A stretch of 64,000 nucleotides of DNA from an uncultured Gemmatimonadales bacterium (GCA_963740595.1 CAVUEU010000004.1:201777-265776); one strand, 5' to 3'. Numbered from the stretch's first letter, positions 27,224 to 37,524 are shown. The notes: generated by a model not told the origin, from the sequence alone. Numbers and translations: made by a program.

Positions 27224-29005
27224 CTACGGCATCTGGGGCGCCACCCGACCCTCCTTGGGCGTGATGACGCGCCCGATGAGCTTCCCGGTGGGCGTCGCCT
27301 CGCCGTCGATGGCGAACTGGCCGTTGATCAGCACGTAGTCGATCCCCTGGGCGTACTGGTGCGGGTTGGTGAAGTCCGCCATGTCGCGGATACGCTCCGG
27401 ATCGAACACGACGACGTCCGCCATGTACCCCTCGCGCAGGAGGCCACGGTTGCGGAGGCCGATGATCTGCGCCGAGAGCGACGTCTGCGAGCGGACAGCG
27501 TCCTCGAGGGAGAGGGCATGGTGCTCCATGGCGTAGCGACGGATCTTGCGCGGGAAGGTGCCGTAGAAGCGCGCATGCACCGCCGGTCCATCCTCCGGCA
27601 GGGCGATCCCGCCGTCCGAGCAGGTGGCCACCCAAGGCTGCGCGGCGAAAGCGTCCAGGTCCTCCTCGCTGTAGCTGAAGCCGCGCATGCGCGCGCCCCC
27701 GGGGCGGCTGGGGTACCCGTCGAGCTGCAACGTGATGGCGAAGTCGACGGGGGACTGGCCGCGGGCCTCGGCCAGTTGTCGGAGGCTCTTGCCGATGTAC
27801 GACTTGTCCGGGTAGTCGAAGATCACGAGGTTCTCGGCTCCGCCCCGGTACGTGATCTCGTGGGCGATGTCGCGCTTCAGCCCCTTCACCTTCGTCGGGT
27901 CGTTCAGGGTCCGGCGCAGCGTGCCCGCGTAGTCCCCGGGAGCGGGGGGCGCTTCCCCGTCGCCGAAGCGCTCGCGCCCGATGGCCCAGCCCGGGATGAG
28001 CGAGACGTTGCCGTCGCTGCCGCTGGTCGGGTACGGGTACTGGTCCGCATAGATCTCCAGGCCGCGGGCCCGCGCCCGGTCGATCGCGGAGATCACCGCG
28101 TGGCTCGCGCCCCAGTAGTCGGCGCCCTTCACCTTGATGTGCGTCTGCACGACGCGCGCGCCCGTGCGCTCCGCCATCTCGATGAGGTCGTGGGTGTTGT
28201 CCATCACGGTGTAGCGGCCGGTCCCCACGTCGTCGGGGTCGTCCCGGGACGGCACCCACCATACCGGCACGTCCGCGCCGGAGCGCTCGTGCTGGGAGTA
28301 GAAGCCGTCGAAGGGGACGATCTCCTCGATCAGGGCCACCATCTCGTCCACGTCGCTCCAGATCCCCGGCACGTACTCCAGGCCGGCGCTCAGGCCGTAG
28401 GCGCCGTCCTGCATGCCGCGGCGCACCAGGGCGCGCATGGAGTCGATCTCCGCCGGCGTGGCCTTGCGCTCGTAGCTCTCGCCGAGCACCGCGCGCCGGA
28501 TGGTGTTGTGCGGCACCATGAGGATCGCGTTGAGGCCGATCCCCAGGCGCTGCAGCGTGTCCTTCTGGGCGCTGATGGAGATGGGACCGCCGCCGTCCGG
28601 GTTGATGACGACGGTGGTGACGCCCTGGGTCACGACGTTGGGCGCCCGCCGCCGGCGGATGTCCTGCGAGCCGAGCCCCTCGGCGGCGTGGGAGTGCGTG
28701 TCGATGAATCCGGGCGTCACGACCATGCCGTGGGCGTCGATGGTCCGCGTCGCGGGAGCGCCGGCCAGCTTCCCGACGGCCACGATGCGATCACCACGGA
28801 TGCCGACGTCGCCGGCGAACCACGGGTTGCCGGAGCCGTCGATGATGTGGCCTCCGACGATGAGCACGTCGAAGGGCTGTTGCTGGGCGGCCGCCGGGGC
28901 TGCGGCGACGGACGTGAGGGCCGAAACGAGGGCGAGGATGGTCGCACCCGCGTGGAGACAGGCGCCGGCGAGGCGCGCGAGGACCCGCATCCGACGTGGC
29001 ATCAT
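27224..29005 (-). CDS. secreted D-aminoacylase-like amidohydrolase (N-acyl-D-amino-acid deacylase family)
   Basis: It has a signal peptide (…LTSVAAAPAAAQQ). DVLIVGGHIIDGSGNPWFAGDVGIRGDRIVAVG...IDAHGMVVTPGFIDTHSHA carries the HxH metal site of the amidohydrolase fold. Length 593 aa. Confidence 0.75.
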   Translation of the reverse strand: MMPRRMRVLARLAGACLHAGATILALVSALTSVAAAPAAAQQQPFDVLIVGGHIIDGSGNPWFAGDVGIRGDRIVAVGKLAGAPATRTIDAHGMVVTPGFIDTHSHAAEGLGSQDIRRRRAPNVVTQGVTTVVINPDGGGPISISAQKDTLQRLGIGLNAILMVPHNTIRRAVLGESYERKATPAEIDSMRALVRRGMQDGAYGLSAGLEYVPGIWSDVDEMVALIEEIVPFDGFYSQHERSGADVPVWWVPSRDDPDDVGTGRYTVMDNTHDLIEMAERTGARVVQTHIKVKGADYWGASHAVISAIDRARARGLEIYADQYPYPTSGSDGNVSLIPGWAIGRERFGDGEAPPAPGDYAGTLRRTLNDPTKVKGLKRDIAHEITYRGGAENLVIFDYPDKSYIGKSLRQLAEARGQSPVDFAITLQLDGYPSRPGGARMRGFSYSEEDLDAFAAQPWVATCSDGGIALPEDGPAVHARFYGTFPRKIRRYAMEHHALSLEDAVRSQTSLSAQIIGLRNRGLLREGYMADVVVFDPERIRDMADFTNPHQYAQGIDYVLINGQFAIDGEATPTGKLIGRVITPKEGRVAPQMP

Positions 29006-29019
29006 GGAGCGCTCCCTTG

Positions 29020-32000
29020 TCAGGGTTGGGAGATGATCCCGGGTAGGTTCCGGCTACGGAGCAAACGGTCGAAGTCGGCCACTTCGTGCTCGAGGTAGCC
29101 GCGGTAGCGTCCAGCATAGGTCCGCAGTCGCTCCTCGAGCTCCTGGAAGACGGCGCGGTCCTGGTCGGTGGGCGGGTAGTCGAGCCCGGCCCCGATCACT
29201 TCCTGCCCGAGGAAGCCGTAGCGCTCGAGCAGCTTCGTCGGGTAGCGGTGGAAGTCCCGGAGGCCGTTGGTCAGATGGAGGTTGAAGAGGTCGTCCTCCA
29301 CCTCGAGGGTACGCGCGTCCAGGGCGCGGGCGGCGTCCTTCACGCTGGCATTGTCCTGCCCCTCGGCTAGCAGCGTGAGCACGTCGGCCACCTGGTGGCG
29401 CACCTTCTCCATGGTGTTGATCATGTCCACCACGGTGTCCACGGACGCCACGATCCGTCGGGCGAAGTCCACCTGCGCGACGATGTCCGCCTGCGTGCCC
29501 TCCGCGCGAGGGTCCTTCAGGATGGTCAGCGTCCGCGTCTGCTCGGTGTCGTCCACCGTGAGCTTGACCTCGTACGTCCCGGGCGCCGCGAGCGGCCCCT
29601 GGCGGATGAGGTGGCGGGCGGTCAGGTCCCGTGTGCCGTCCTGGTCCAGGGGCACCCACGGCGCGTCGGGCGGACGGCTGCGCAGCACCACCTGCCGTGG
29701 CGCCGGATAGCGCAGGTCCCACCAAACCCGGTTCATGCCGGCGCGCCCGGCCGCGCGCAGGGTGCGCACGAGTCCGCCGGTTGCATCCGTGATCGTGATG
29801 GTGGCGGGCCCCTTCGCGTCGGCTGTGAGCAGGTAGTTGATGTCCGCGCCGTACGGCGGGTTCTCTCCCACGACGTCGGCGTCCTGATCCGAGACCGTCG
29901 CCTCCACCTGGTGGAAGCGGTAGGCCGCGCGCGGCGGGAAGAGGTGGGCCGCCTCGGCCGTGACCGATGCGTCCAGCGCGCGCAGGGGCGTGATATCGTC
30001 GAGGATCCAGATGCCCCGGCCGTACGTGGCGACGAGCAGGTCGTTGAAGTGCGGCTGCACCGTGACCCAGTAGACCGGCGCGTGGGGCATGTCGAGCTGC
30101 AGCGGCGCCCACGTCGCGCCGTCGTCCAGGGACCAGTAGAGCGCGTTCTCGGTCCCCGCGTACAGCATGCCCTTCCGCAACGGGTCCTCGCGCACCACGT
30201 GGACGTAGCTGAACCGGGACGACGGGATCCCCTTCCAAAGCGGCGTCCACGTCTTCCCGAAGTCCGACGTCTCGAAGACGTAGGGCGCGGGATCGGCCAT
30301 CATGTGCCGGTCCACCGCGACGTAGGCGCTCCCCGCGTCGTAGTGGGACGGCTCCACCACGCTGATCTTCCCCCAGGGCCCCAGCCCCGGGATCGACGCC
30401 GTCACGTCCTGCCAGTGCGCGCCACCGTCGCGGGTCACCTGCACGAGGCCGTCGTTGCTCCCCGTCCAGATGACGCCGGCCTGCACGGGCGACTCGGCGA
30501 TGGACCACAGTGTCGCCCCGTCGAACGTGTCCAGGTTGTCCACCGTGACGCCGCCGGAGTTCTCCTGGTGGGTCGTGTCGTTGCGGGTGAGGTCCGGGCT
30601 GATGTCCCTCCATCTCTGTCCGCCGTCGGTGGTCATGCTCACGACCTGGCTCCCCACGTAGACCCGATTCGGGTCGTGCGGCGAGATCGCGATGGGGAAC
30701 GTCCAGTTCCAACGGTACTTCGTGTCCTTGGGGGCCCATCCGTCGGCGGTCTCCGGCCACACGTCCACGGAGCGCGACTGCATCGTGCGCAGGTCGAAGC
30801 GCTGGAGGACGCCGTCGAAGGAGCCGGACCAGACCACCGCGTTGCTCACCGTGTCCGGCGTGCCGAAGCCGCTCTCGCCCCCGCCGATGCCGTGCCACAT
30901 GCCCAGCGTGATGCCGCCCCCCTGGAGGCTGTTGCTGGGGCCGCGGTACGACGGGCCGTCCTGCCGGTTCGTGTACACGTAGTACGGCACCGCGTTGTCG
31001 GTGAGGACGTGGTACACCTGGGCATTGGCGAGCTGAACGTGCTGCCAGCTCCGCCCCCGGTCCAGCGTGATGCCGACGCCGTTGTCGTGCGTCACCATCA
31101 TGCGCTCGGGATTCCGGGGATCGATCCACATCTCGTGGTTGTCGCCACCCCCCGGGAGCGGCCGGTCCACCAGCGTCTCACCGCCGTCGCGGGACCACTG
31201 GAGCTGGATGGACATGAAGTACAGCAGGTCCTCGTCGTCCGGCGCGACACGCACCCGCGTGAAATAGGGGGCGCGGTCCGCCATGAGGTGGTTCCGGTTC
31301 ACCACCCGCCACGTGACGCCGCCGTCGCCGGACCGGTAGAGGGACGGGTCCTGGTCCTCGACGAGGGCGTAGACGCGCCGGGAGTCGCTGGCGGCCACGT
31401 CCACCGAGACCTTCCCCACCGGGTTCGTCGGCAGCCCCCCGCGGAGCCGCTGCCAACTCTCTCCCCCGTCGTGGGTGACGAAGACGCCGCTCCCGGGACC
31501 GCCGCTGTTCAGGTTCCACAGCTTCATGGAGACCTGCCACATCCCCGCGAAGAGGGTCCGCGGGTCGTTGGGGTCCATGGCCAGGTCGGAGCACCCGGTG
31601 TTCTCGTCCACGAACAGGACGCGCTGCCAGCTCCGCCCGCCGTCGGTGGTCTTGAACACGCCGCGCTCCTGCTGGGGCGCGAACGTCGTCCCCAGAGCGC
31701 ACGCGTACACGACGTTCCGGTCGTGGGGATCGATCTCGATCTCGGAGATCCGGCCGGTCTCGTCCAGCCCCATGTGCGTCCATGTGGCGCCACGGTCGGT
31801 GGACTTCCAGACGCCGTCCCCGATCGAGACGGCCTCGCGGATGATGAAGGTCTCGCCGGTGCCCGCCCACACCTCGTTCGGCGCCGACGGCGCCACCGCC
31901 AGCGCGTTCACCGAGGACACCGGTGCGCTGTCGAACACCGGCTCCCAGTTCAGGCCGCCGTCGATCGTCCGGAAGATGCCCCCCGACGCCGCCCCGACGT

Positions 32001-32208
32001 ACGCCACACGGGGGTTCCCCGGCTCCCCCACCACCCCATCCATCCGGTTGCCGTCGGGCCCGATGGTGCGGAAGTGCAGCCTGCCAAAGAGGGAAGCGTC
32101 AGGGGTCTGGGGGAACGCCGCACCCGCCGAGCCGACCAGGAGCACCATGGTGAGACCGGGGACCACCACGGGCACGAAACAGCGGACGCGCCGGGGCCAG
32201 GTACGCAT
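29020..32208 (-). CDS. BNR/Asp-box repeat (sortilin/VPS10-like, glycosyl-hydrolase-like) secreted protein, ~1062 aa
   Basis: Start at ATG 32208 (MRTWPRRVRCFVPVVVPGLTMVLLVGSAGAAF, a signal-like N-terminus). It has many Asp-box motifs: STDRGATW, TTDGGRSW, THDGGESW, SGDGGVTW, TLDRGRSW, TTDGGQRW, TRDGGAHW, TSDFGKTW, SLDDGATW. The antisense ORF 29395-32415 is a shadow. Confidence 0.85.
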   Translation of the reverse strand: MRTWPRRVRCFVPVVVPGLTMVLLVGSAGAAFPQTPDASLFGRLHFRTIGPDGNRMDGVVGEPGNPRVAYVGAASGGIFRTIDGGLNWEPVFDSAPVSSVNALAVAPSAPNEVWAGTGETFIIREAVSIGDGVWKSTDRGATWTHMGLDETGRISEIEIDPHDRNVVYACALGTTFAPQQERGVFKTTDGGRSWQRVLFVDENTGCSDLAMDPNDPRTLFAGMWQVSMKLWNLNSGGPGSGVFVTHDGGESWQRLRGGLPTNPVGKVSVDVAASDSRRVYALVEDQDPSLYRSGDGGVTWRVVNRNHLMADRAPYFTRVRVAPDDEDLLYFMSIQLQWSRDGGETLVDRPLPGGGDNHEMWIDPRNPERMMVTHDNGVGITLDRGRSWQHVQLANAQVYHVLTDNAVPYYVYTNRQDGPSYRGPSNSLQGGGITLGMWHGIGGGESGFGTPDTVSNAVVWSGSFDGVLQRFDLRTMQSRSVDVWPETADGWAPKDTKYRWNWTFPIAISPHDPNRVYVGSQVVSMTTDGGQRWRDISPDLTRNDTTHQENSGGVTVDNLDTFDGATLWSIAESPVQAGVIWTGSNDGLVQVTRDGGAHWQDVTASIPGLGPWGKISVVEPSHYDAGSAYVAVDRHMMADPAPYVFETSDFGKTWTPLWKGIPSSRFSYVHVVREDPLRKGMLYAGTENALYWSLDDGATWAPLQLDMPHAPVYWVTVQPHFNDLLVATYGRGIWILDDITPLRALDASVTAEAAHLFPPRAAYRFHQVEATVSDQDADVVGENPPYGADINYLLTADAKGPATITITDATGGLVRTLRAAGRAGMNRVWWDLRYPAPRQVVLRSRPPDAPWVPLDQDGTRDLTARHLIRQGPLAAPGTYEVKLTVDDTEQTRTLTILKDPRAEGTQADIVAQVDFARRIVASVDTVVDMINTMEKVRHQVADVLTLLAEGQDNASVKDAARALDARTLEVEDDLFNLHLTNGLRDFHRYPTKLLERYGFLGQEVIGAGLDYPPTDQDRAVFQELEERLRTYAGRYRGYLEHEVADFDRLLRSRNLPGIISQP

Positions 32209-32357
32209 GACATGCCTCCGCGGGGGCACGAGTCGGAGAAGCGTCTTTGCGGCCGAGCCCGCGAGAAAGAATGTGGTCTCCGGGCCCGCCGGCCCCCATA
32301 TATTCCCCGTCGCACGCCCCATTGTCGAGGACTCCGTAATCGACGCAGGAGGACGCC

Positions 32358-33773
32358 ATGTCACGATCGGGCCGGCCGAGGACACGCATCTGGCGGGCCG
32401 CGCTGGCCGCGCTGATCCTTCCGTTGGGCGCCCTGTCGGCCCAGCAGACGCCACCGCCGGCCCCACCGCAGCCCCACCGCGACGGCCTGGGCGACATCAC
32501 GTTCGCCCTCGCGGGGGACGCGATCATCACGCGAAAGCTCTCCGTCTACGACGAGCCGGAGTACCTCGAGATCCGGAACGTGATGCAGAGCGCCACCGCC
32601 ACGTTCCTGAACGCGGAGATGCTGTTCCTGAACTACGACGAGCCGGACATCGTGCCCGCGTCGCAGAGCGGAGGCACGTACATGAGGGCGCAGCCGGAGC
32701 TGATCGACGAATTGAAATGGATGGGCGTCGACCTGGTGAGCACCGCGAACAACCACTCCCTGGATTACAGCTTCGGGGGCCTGCGGGCCAACACCCGCTG
32801 GCTGAACCAGTCGGGGCTGGTGTGGGCCGGCACGGGCGAAAACCTCGCCGAGGCCCGGGCAGCGCACTACCTCGAGACGCCCGGGGGGCGCGTGGCGCTC
32901 ATCGCGGTGTCGTCGTCGTTCGCGGACTTCAACCCCGCGGGCCCGCAGCGCAAGGACATGCGCGGCCGTCCCGGCCTCAACCCACTGCGCATCGAGACGA
33001 CGTACTACGTGCCCGCCGACCGCTTCGACGAGCTCCGGCAGGTGGGACGCGGGCTGGGCATGCGTGGCGGCAGTGACGCCTCGGACGTACTCCGCCTGGG
33101 AGGCTCGACGTTCCGGAAGAGCGACGGCTTCAAGACCGTGAACGTCATCGACTCCCTCGATCTCGCGGAGATCGCGGCGTCGGTGCGCGACGCCAAGCGC
33201 CAGGCGAACTGGGTGATCGTGTCCAGCCACACCCACCAGGGTGGGGCGGACGTCGAGGATTTCCTGAAGCAGTTCGCCCACGCGGTGGTGGACGCCGGCG
33301 CCGACGTCTTCGTGGCGCACGGGCCGCACATGTTGCGCGCCATCGAGATCTACAAGGGGAAGCCGGTCTTCTACTCGCTGGCGAACTTCCTCATGGAGAA
33401 CGAGACCGTCGAGCTGCAGCCCTGGGAGAACTACAACGGCGTGGCCCTGGGAAACGACGCGCTCCCCGGGGAGTTCTACGACGCGCGCAACGCGCAGGGC
33501 GGGGGCAGCTTCCCTGCGAATCCCGTGTATTGGGAGTCGGTGGTGGCCGTGCCGCAGTTCCGTAGTGGTCGGCTCACGCGCATCGATCTGCACCCCATCA
33601 CCCTGGGGTACGGGCTCGAGCGGGCGCAGCGCGGCCGGCCGCTGGTGGCCAAGGGCGACCTGGCGAAGAAGATCCTCACCCGGCTGCAGGAGCTGTCGAA
33701 GCCGTTCGGCACGACCATCGCTGTGGAGAACGACCTCGGCGTCATCCGGGTCTCGACGGCGGCGGGGGGCTGA
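32358..33773 (+). CDS. CapA-family (PGA_cap metallophosphatase-like) secreted protein
   Basis: It has a signal peptide. FALAGDAIITRKL...LNAEMLFL...VDLVSTANNHSLDYSFGGL...VIVSSHTHQGG...VFVAHGPHMLRAIEIYKGKPVFYSLANF is the typical CapA/YwtB layout. Confidence 0.8.
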   Translation: MSRSGRPRTRIWRAALAALILPLGALSAQQTPPPAPPQPHRDGLGDITFALAGDAIITRKLSVYDEPEYLEIRNVMQSATATFLNAEMLFLNYDEPDIVPASQSGGTYMRAQPELIDELKWMGVDLVSTANNHSLDYSFGGLRANTRWLNQSGLVWAGTGENLAEARAAHYLETPGGRVALIAVSSSFADFNPAGPQRKDMRGRPGLNPLRIETTYYVPADRFDELRQVGRGLGMRGGSDASDVLRLGGSTFRKSDGFKTVNVIDSLDLAEIAASVRDAKRQANWVIVSSHTHQGGADVEDFLKQFAHAVVDAGADVFVAHGPHMLRAIEIYKGKPVFYSLANFLMENETVELQPWENYNGVALGNDALPGEFYDARNAQGGGSFPANPVYWESVVAVPQFRSGRLTRIDLHPITLGYGLERAQRGRPLVAKGDLAKKILTRLQELSKPFGTTIAVENDLGVIRVSTAAGG

Positions 33774-33783
33774 GTCGGGCCCC

Positions 33784-34962
33784 CTGCACCTCGAGTGCAC
33801 GCGCTGTGGCGGGGCCTTCTCGTCCGCGGAGCCGGCCACCGTCTCGGTATGCTGCGGGGCGCCCCTCTTCGCGCGCTACGACCTGGCTGACGCCCGGACG
33901 CGCCTCCACCCGGGCGACCTGGCCGGACGCCGGCCGGATCTATGGCGATACGCGGAGGTCCTCCCATGCGCCGCGCCGGACGTCGGCCTCGGCGAAGGCC
34001 TCACGCCCCTCCTGGCCTCGGAGCGGCTCGCGGCGCGGCTGGGCGTGCGCCGGGCATGGCTGAAGGACGAGGGGCGCAACCCCACCGGTAGCTTCAAGGA
34101 CCGGGGGGCCAGCGTGGCACTCGCGCGTCTCCGGGAGCTGGGGGTACGCGAGATCGCCGTCCCCTCGAGCGGCAACGCCGCCGTGGCGGCCGCGGCCTAC
34201 GGCGCCGTCCTGGGGATCCGGGTGCACGCCTTCGTACCCGCCGGGACGTCACCGGCCGTCGTCGAGCAGATCCGCATCACCGGTGCCGACCTGCGCCTGG
34301 TCGCAGGCACGTTCGCCGACTGCGGCGAGGCGGCCGCCGCCGCGGCCCGCGACCAGGCCTGGTTCCCGTACGCCACCCTGCGGGAGCCGTACCGCGTGGA
34401 GGGGAAGAAGACGATGGCGTACGAGGTCGTCGAGCAGCTCGGCTTCCGCGTCCCCGACGCCATCGTGTACCCCACCGGGGGCACCACCGGCCTCGTAGCC
34501 ATGTGGAAGGGGTTCGAGGAGATGCAGCGCCTCGGCTGGATCGGAGACGAGCGCCCGCGCATGATCGCGGTGCAGGCCGTGGGGTGCGCCCCGGTGGTGC
34601 GTGCCTGGCGCCGCGGTGACGACCACATCGAGCCCTGGGGCGACGTGCGCACGTACGCTGCGGGCCTGGGCGCTCCCCGGGTCTACGCGGACTTCCTCAC
34701 GCTCCGGGTGCTGGCGGAGTCCCGGGGCGCGGCCGTGGCCGTGTCCGACACCACCATGGAGGAGTGGGTGCGGCGGGTGGCACGGGACACAGGCGTGTTC
34801 GTGTCGCCCGAGGGTGCCGCCGCAGCCGCCGGAGCGCGCTCGCTGCGGGACGCCGGCGAGCTGAGCGCCGACGACGAGGTGGTGGTCTTCTCCACCGCCT
34901 CGGGGCTCAAATACGTGGGTCGCACTCCCGCTACGCCATACCCGGGGGACGACGCCGTCTGA
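33784..34962 (+). CDS. thrC: threonine synthase-family PLP enzyme
   Basis: LECTRCGG... then the PLP-lysine motif NPTGSFKDRGASVA, SSGNAAVAAAAY and PTGGTTGLVAMWKGF. I see no ATG/GTG/TTG between the capA-like stop (33773) and the conserved CxxC. CTG 33784 is given only as a placeholder start. Confidence 0.75.
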   Translation: MHLECTRCGGAFSSAEPATVSVCCGAPLFARYDLADARTRLHPGDLAGRRPDLWRYAEVLPCAAPDVGLGEGLTPLLASERLAARLGVRRAWLKDEGRNPTGSFKDRGASVALARLRELGVREIAVPSSGNAAVAAAAYGAVLGIRVHAFVPAGTSPAVVEQIRITGADLRLVAGTFADCGEAAAAAARDQAWFPYATLREPYRVEGKKTMAYEVVEQLGFRVPDAIVYPTGGTTGLVAMWKGFEEMQRLGWIGDERPRMIAVQAVGCAPVVRAWRRGDDHIEPWGDVRTYAAGLGAPRVYADFLTLRVLAESRGAAVAVSDTTMEEWVRRVARDTGVFVSPEGAAAAAGARSLRDAGELSADDEVVVFSTASGLKYVGRTPATPYPGDDAV

Positions 34963-35003
34963 CGCAGGGCCCGGGGGCGGCGGTGGTGCTCCCGCGGCTC
35001 CCG

Positions 35004-36794
35004 CTACCGGTCTGTCGCCGCCGCCGCGGAGTCCCGCTTTCCGGGCCCGTACAGCGCCCGTCCAGGCTTCGCTCCCGTGTGCTGGCCGTCGCGCACCACG
35101 ATGACGCCGTTCACCAGCACGTCCGGGATCCCCTCCGGGAACTGCTTCGGCTCGGCGAAGGTGGCCTTGTCGACGATCTTCCCGGGGTCGAAGACCACGA
35201 GGTCCGCCCACATGCCCGGACGCACGATGCCTCGATCCTGCAACCCCATGCGCTGCGCGGCCAGCGACGTCATGCGCCGGACGGCCTGCTCGAGGGGCAG
35301 CACCTGCTCGTCGCGGACGTAGTGGCCGAGGACCCGCGGGAAGGTGCCGTACCAGCGCGGATGGGGCTGGCCGGGGAAGTCCGGCGACGCGGACGTGCCG
35401 TCGGAGTCGAAGCTGACGAACGGATCCCGCATCGCCAGGCGGACGTCCTTCTCCGACATGTAGAACATCACGATGCCCACCTCGCCACCCTCCTCGATCA
35501 TGAGGTCGAGCACCTCGTCGTCGGGGGCCTTGTGCTGTTCCCGGGCGATCTCGCCGATGGTCTTGCCCACGTACTGGTCGGCGTTCTTCGACACCTCGGT
35601 GATGATCACCGCGTCGAAGCCCTTCGCGCCGTTCGTCTCGTTGTAGTACTTCTCGTTCATGTACTGTGTGACCTCGCGCTTGATGCGCGGGCGTTGCGCC
35701 GGGTCCGCCAGCCGCTCGAGCATCTTCTCCCGGCCGCCCTCGTGGGCCCAGCGCGGGATCTCCGTCGCGAGTCCGTGCGACGCGGCGATGTAGGGGTACA
35801 TGTCGGCGGCGATGTCCACACCTCGCTTGCGGGCGTCGGCGATGGCGGCCAGCGCCTTGCCCATGCTGCCGAAGTTCGGGCGGCCCGCCGCCTTCAGGTG
35901 GAAGATCTCCACAGGCACACCGGCCTCCTCGCCGATCTCCGCTGCCTCGTTGATGGCGTCCACGATGTGGGAGCCCTGGTCGCGCATGTGCTCGGCGTAG
36001 ATCCCGCCGTAGCGGTGCACCACCTTGGCCAGCTCGATGAGCTCGGAGGTGCTGGGCACGGCCGGCGACTCCTCCCCTTCCGGCGGGAACTGCACATACC
36101 CCGGCGTCTCGAGGGCCATCACCAGGCCCGCGGCTCCGTCCTCCATCCCTTGGGCCAGGAGCTGCTTCTCCTGCTCCAGCTCCTCCGGCGTGGGGGCGCG
36201 CTGCACGCCCTCGCCGAGCACGTACCGCCGGAGCTGCCCGGCGCTGATGTAGGACATCACGTTTCCGGAGGTGCCCTGCCTCTCCAGACGCTCGAAGTAG
36301 CCGCGCAGGGTGGTCCAGTCGGCCTGCACGCCGTCGCCGCCGTCCTGCATGTCCGGCTTGCGCGGCGCCACCGACACGCCTTCGCCGATGATCTCGGTAG
36401 TCACGCCCTGGCGGATCTTGCTCATCCCCCGCCCGTCCGCGAGCAGCGACCAGTCGGAATGCGTGTGCATGTCGATGAAGCCCGGCGTCACCACCATCCC
36501 CGTGGCGTCGATGACCTCCTTCGCGGGCTGGTCGGCCAGCTGACCCACCGCCGCGATGCGTCCGTCCTTCACGCCCACGTCGGCCCGGAACCACGGGCTG
36601 CCCGTGCCATCGATGACGCGCCCGCCGCGTATGAGCACGTCGAAGGCCGGGTCCGTGTCCGGGTTCGCTCCCGCGCCCGACACCGTGCATCCGGCCAGGA
36701 GGAGGACGGCCGCGAGGCGGGCCGGGCCGAGGCCGCGCGCGATGCCGTAGGTGGTTGTGCGGTGGTGCCTTGGAGACCGAGCCGGAGTGGACAT
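35004..36794 (-). CDS. second D-aminoacylase-like amidohydrolase, lipoprotein (596 aa)
   Basis: ATG 36794. Lipobox AAVLLLAG|C. FDVLIRGGRVIDGTGSPWFRADVGVKDGRIAAVG...IDATGMVVTPGFIDMHTHS marks it as a paralogue of 27224-29005. The 5' part of track ORF 35004-37745 is read-through. Confidence 0.8.
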   Translation of the reverse strand: MSTPARSPRHHRTTTYGIARGLGPARLAAVLLLAGCTVSGAGANPDTDPAFDVLIRGGRVIDGTGSPWFRADVGVKDGRIAAVGQLADQPAKEVIDATGMVVTPGFIDMHTHSDWSLLADGRGMSKIRQGVTTEIIGEGVSVAPRKPDMQDGGDGVQADWTTLRGYFERLERQGTSGNVMSYISAGQLRRYVLGEGVQRAPTPEELEQEKQLLAQGMEDGAAGLVMALETPGYVQFPPEGEESPAVPSTSELIELAKVVHRYGGIYAEHMRDQGSHIVDAINEAAEIGEEAGVPVEIFHLKAAGRPNFGSMGKALAAIADARKRGVDIAADMYPYIAASHGLATEIPRWAHEGGREKMLERLADPAQRPRIKREVTQYMNEKYYNETNGAKGFDAVIITEVSKNADQYVGKTIGEIAREQHKAPDDEVLDLMIEEGGEVGIVMFYMSEKDVRLAMRDPFVSFDSDGTSASPDFPGQPHPRWYGTFPRVLGHYVRDEQVLPLEQAVRRMTSLAAQRMGLQDRGIVRPGMWADLVVFDPGKIVDKATFAEPKQFPEGIPDVLVNGVIVVRDGQHTGAKPGRALYGPGKRDSAAAATDR

Positions 36795-36956
36795 TGCGCC
36801 GCCTCGCGCAGGGGTGGGACGGAGACGAGCCTCCAGGAGCTGTACCGGACGCGCGACGCCCCGGACGGGCGGCGGAGGCCGCCGCCGGGGGGGAAAGGGG
36901 GACAAACGTAGATGGGCGGCGTACAGTATGCCAGGCTCCGTCAGGAGGGACCGATC

Positions 36957-37469
36957 ATGCAGGCGCCACGGGTGTTGCAGGTCGCGACGGGCATTGCGGG
37001 TCTCGCCGTTCCCGCGCTGATCGGCTGCTCGGGCACGTTGACGCAGCTCGGACGCGTCGAGCAGACCGTGGGGCAGGCCAGCTACTACGACATCATGAAG
37101 GAAGTGCCGGAAGTGCTGGCGACGCACGGTTACACGGTCTACGACGACACGCCCAACGGTCCGAATCTCTACATCGAGACCGGGTGGCAGGAGCGCGCTC
37201 CCTTCGACGACGAGGCCGCGCAGGGCATCACGTATGCGCGCACGCGCTTCATCGCCCAGGCACGCAAGGCGAGCGCCGATACGTACACGCTGCGGATCCG
37301 CGCGGAGAACCAGGTGCAGGTGGGAGAAGGGGCCACGGCCACGGTCGCGTTCCGGGAGGGCACGCCGTGGGGGACCATGGGCCCCACGGGCGACTACACG
37401 GCCTACGTCCACCAGGTGACGTCGGAGATCGAGATGCGCGTGGCGGCCGGCGTTCGCACCATCCGCTGA
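36957..37469 (+). CDS. putative lipoprotein, unknown function (170 aa)
   Basis: ATG 36957. MQAPRVLQVATGIAGLAVPALIG|CSG is a lipobox. The remainder has balanced composition (YYDIMKEVPEVLATHGYTVYDD...). Confidence 0.6.
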   Translation: MQAPRVLQVATGIAGLAVPALIGCSGTLTQLGRVEQTVGQASYYDIMKEVPEVLATHGYTVYDDTPNGPNLYIETGWQERAPFDDEAAQGITYARTRFIAQARKASADTYTLRIRAENQVQVGEGATATVAFREGTPWGTMGPTGDYTAYVHQVTSEIEMRVAAGVRTIR

Positions 37470-37524
37470 CCCCGGATCGCCGTCCGCGAGATGGAGCGCC
37501 AAGCCCTTCGAGCGCTCCGGGCGG

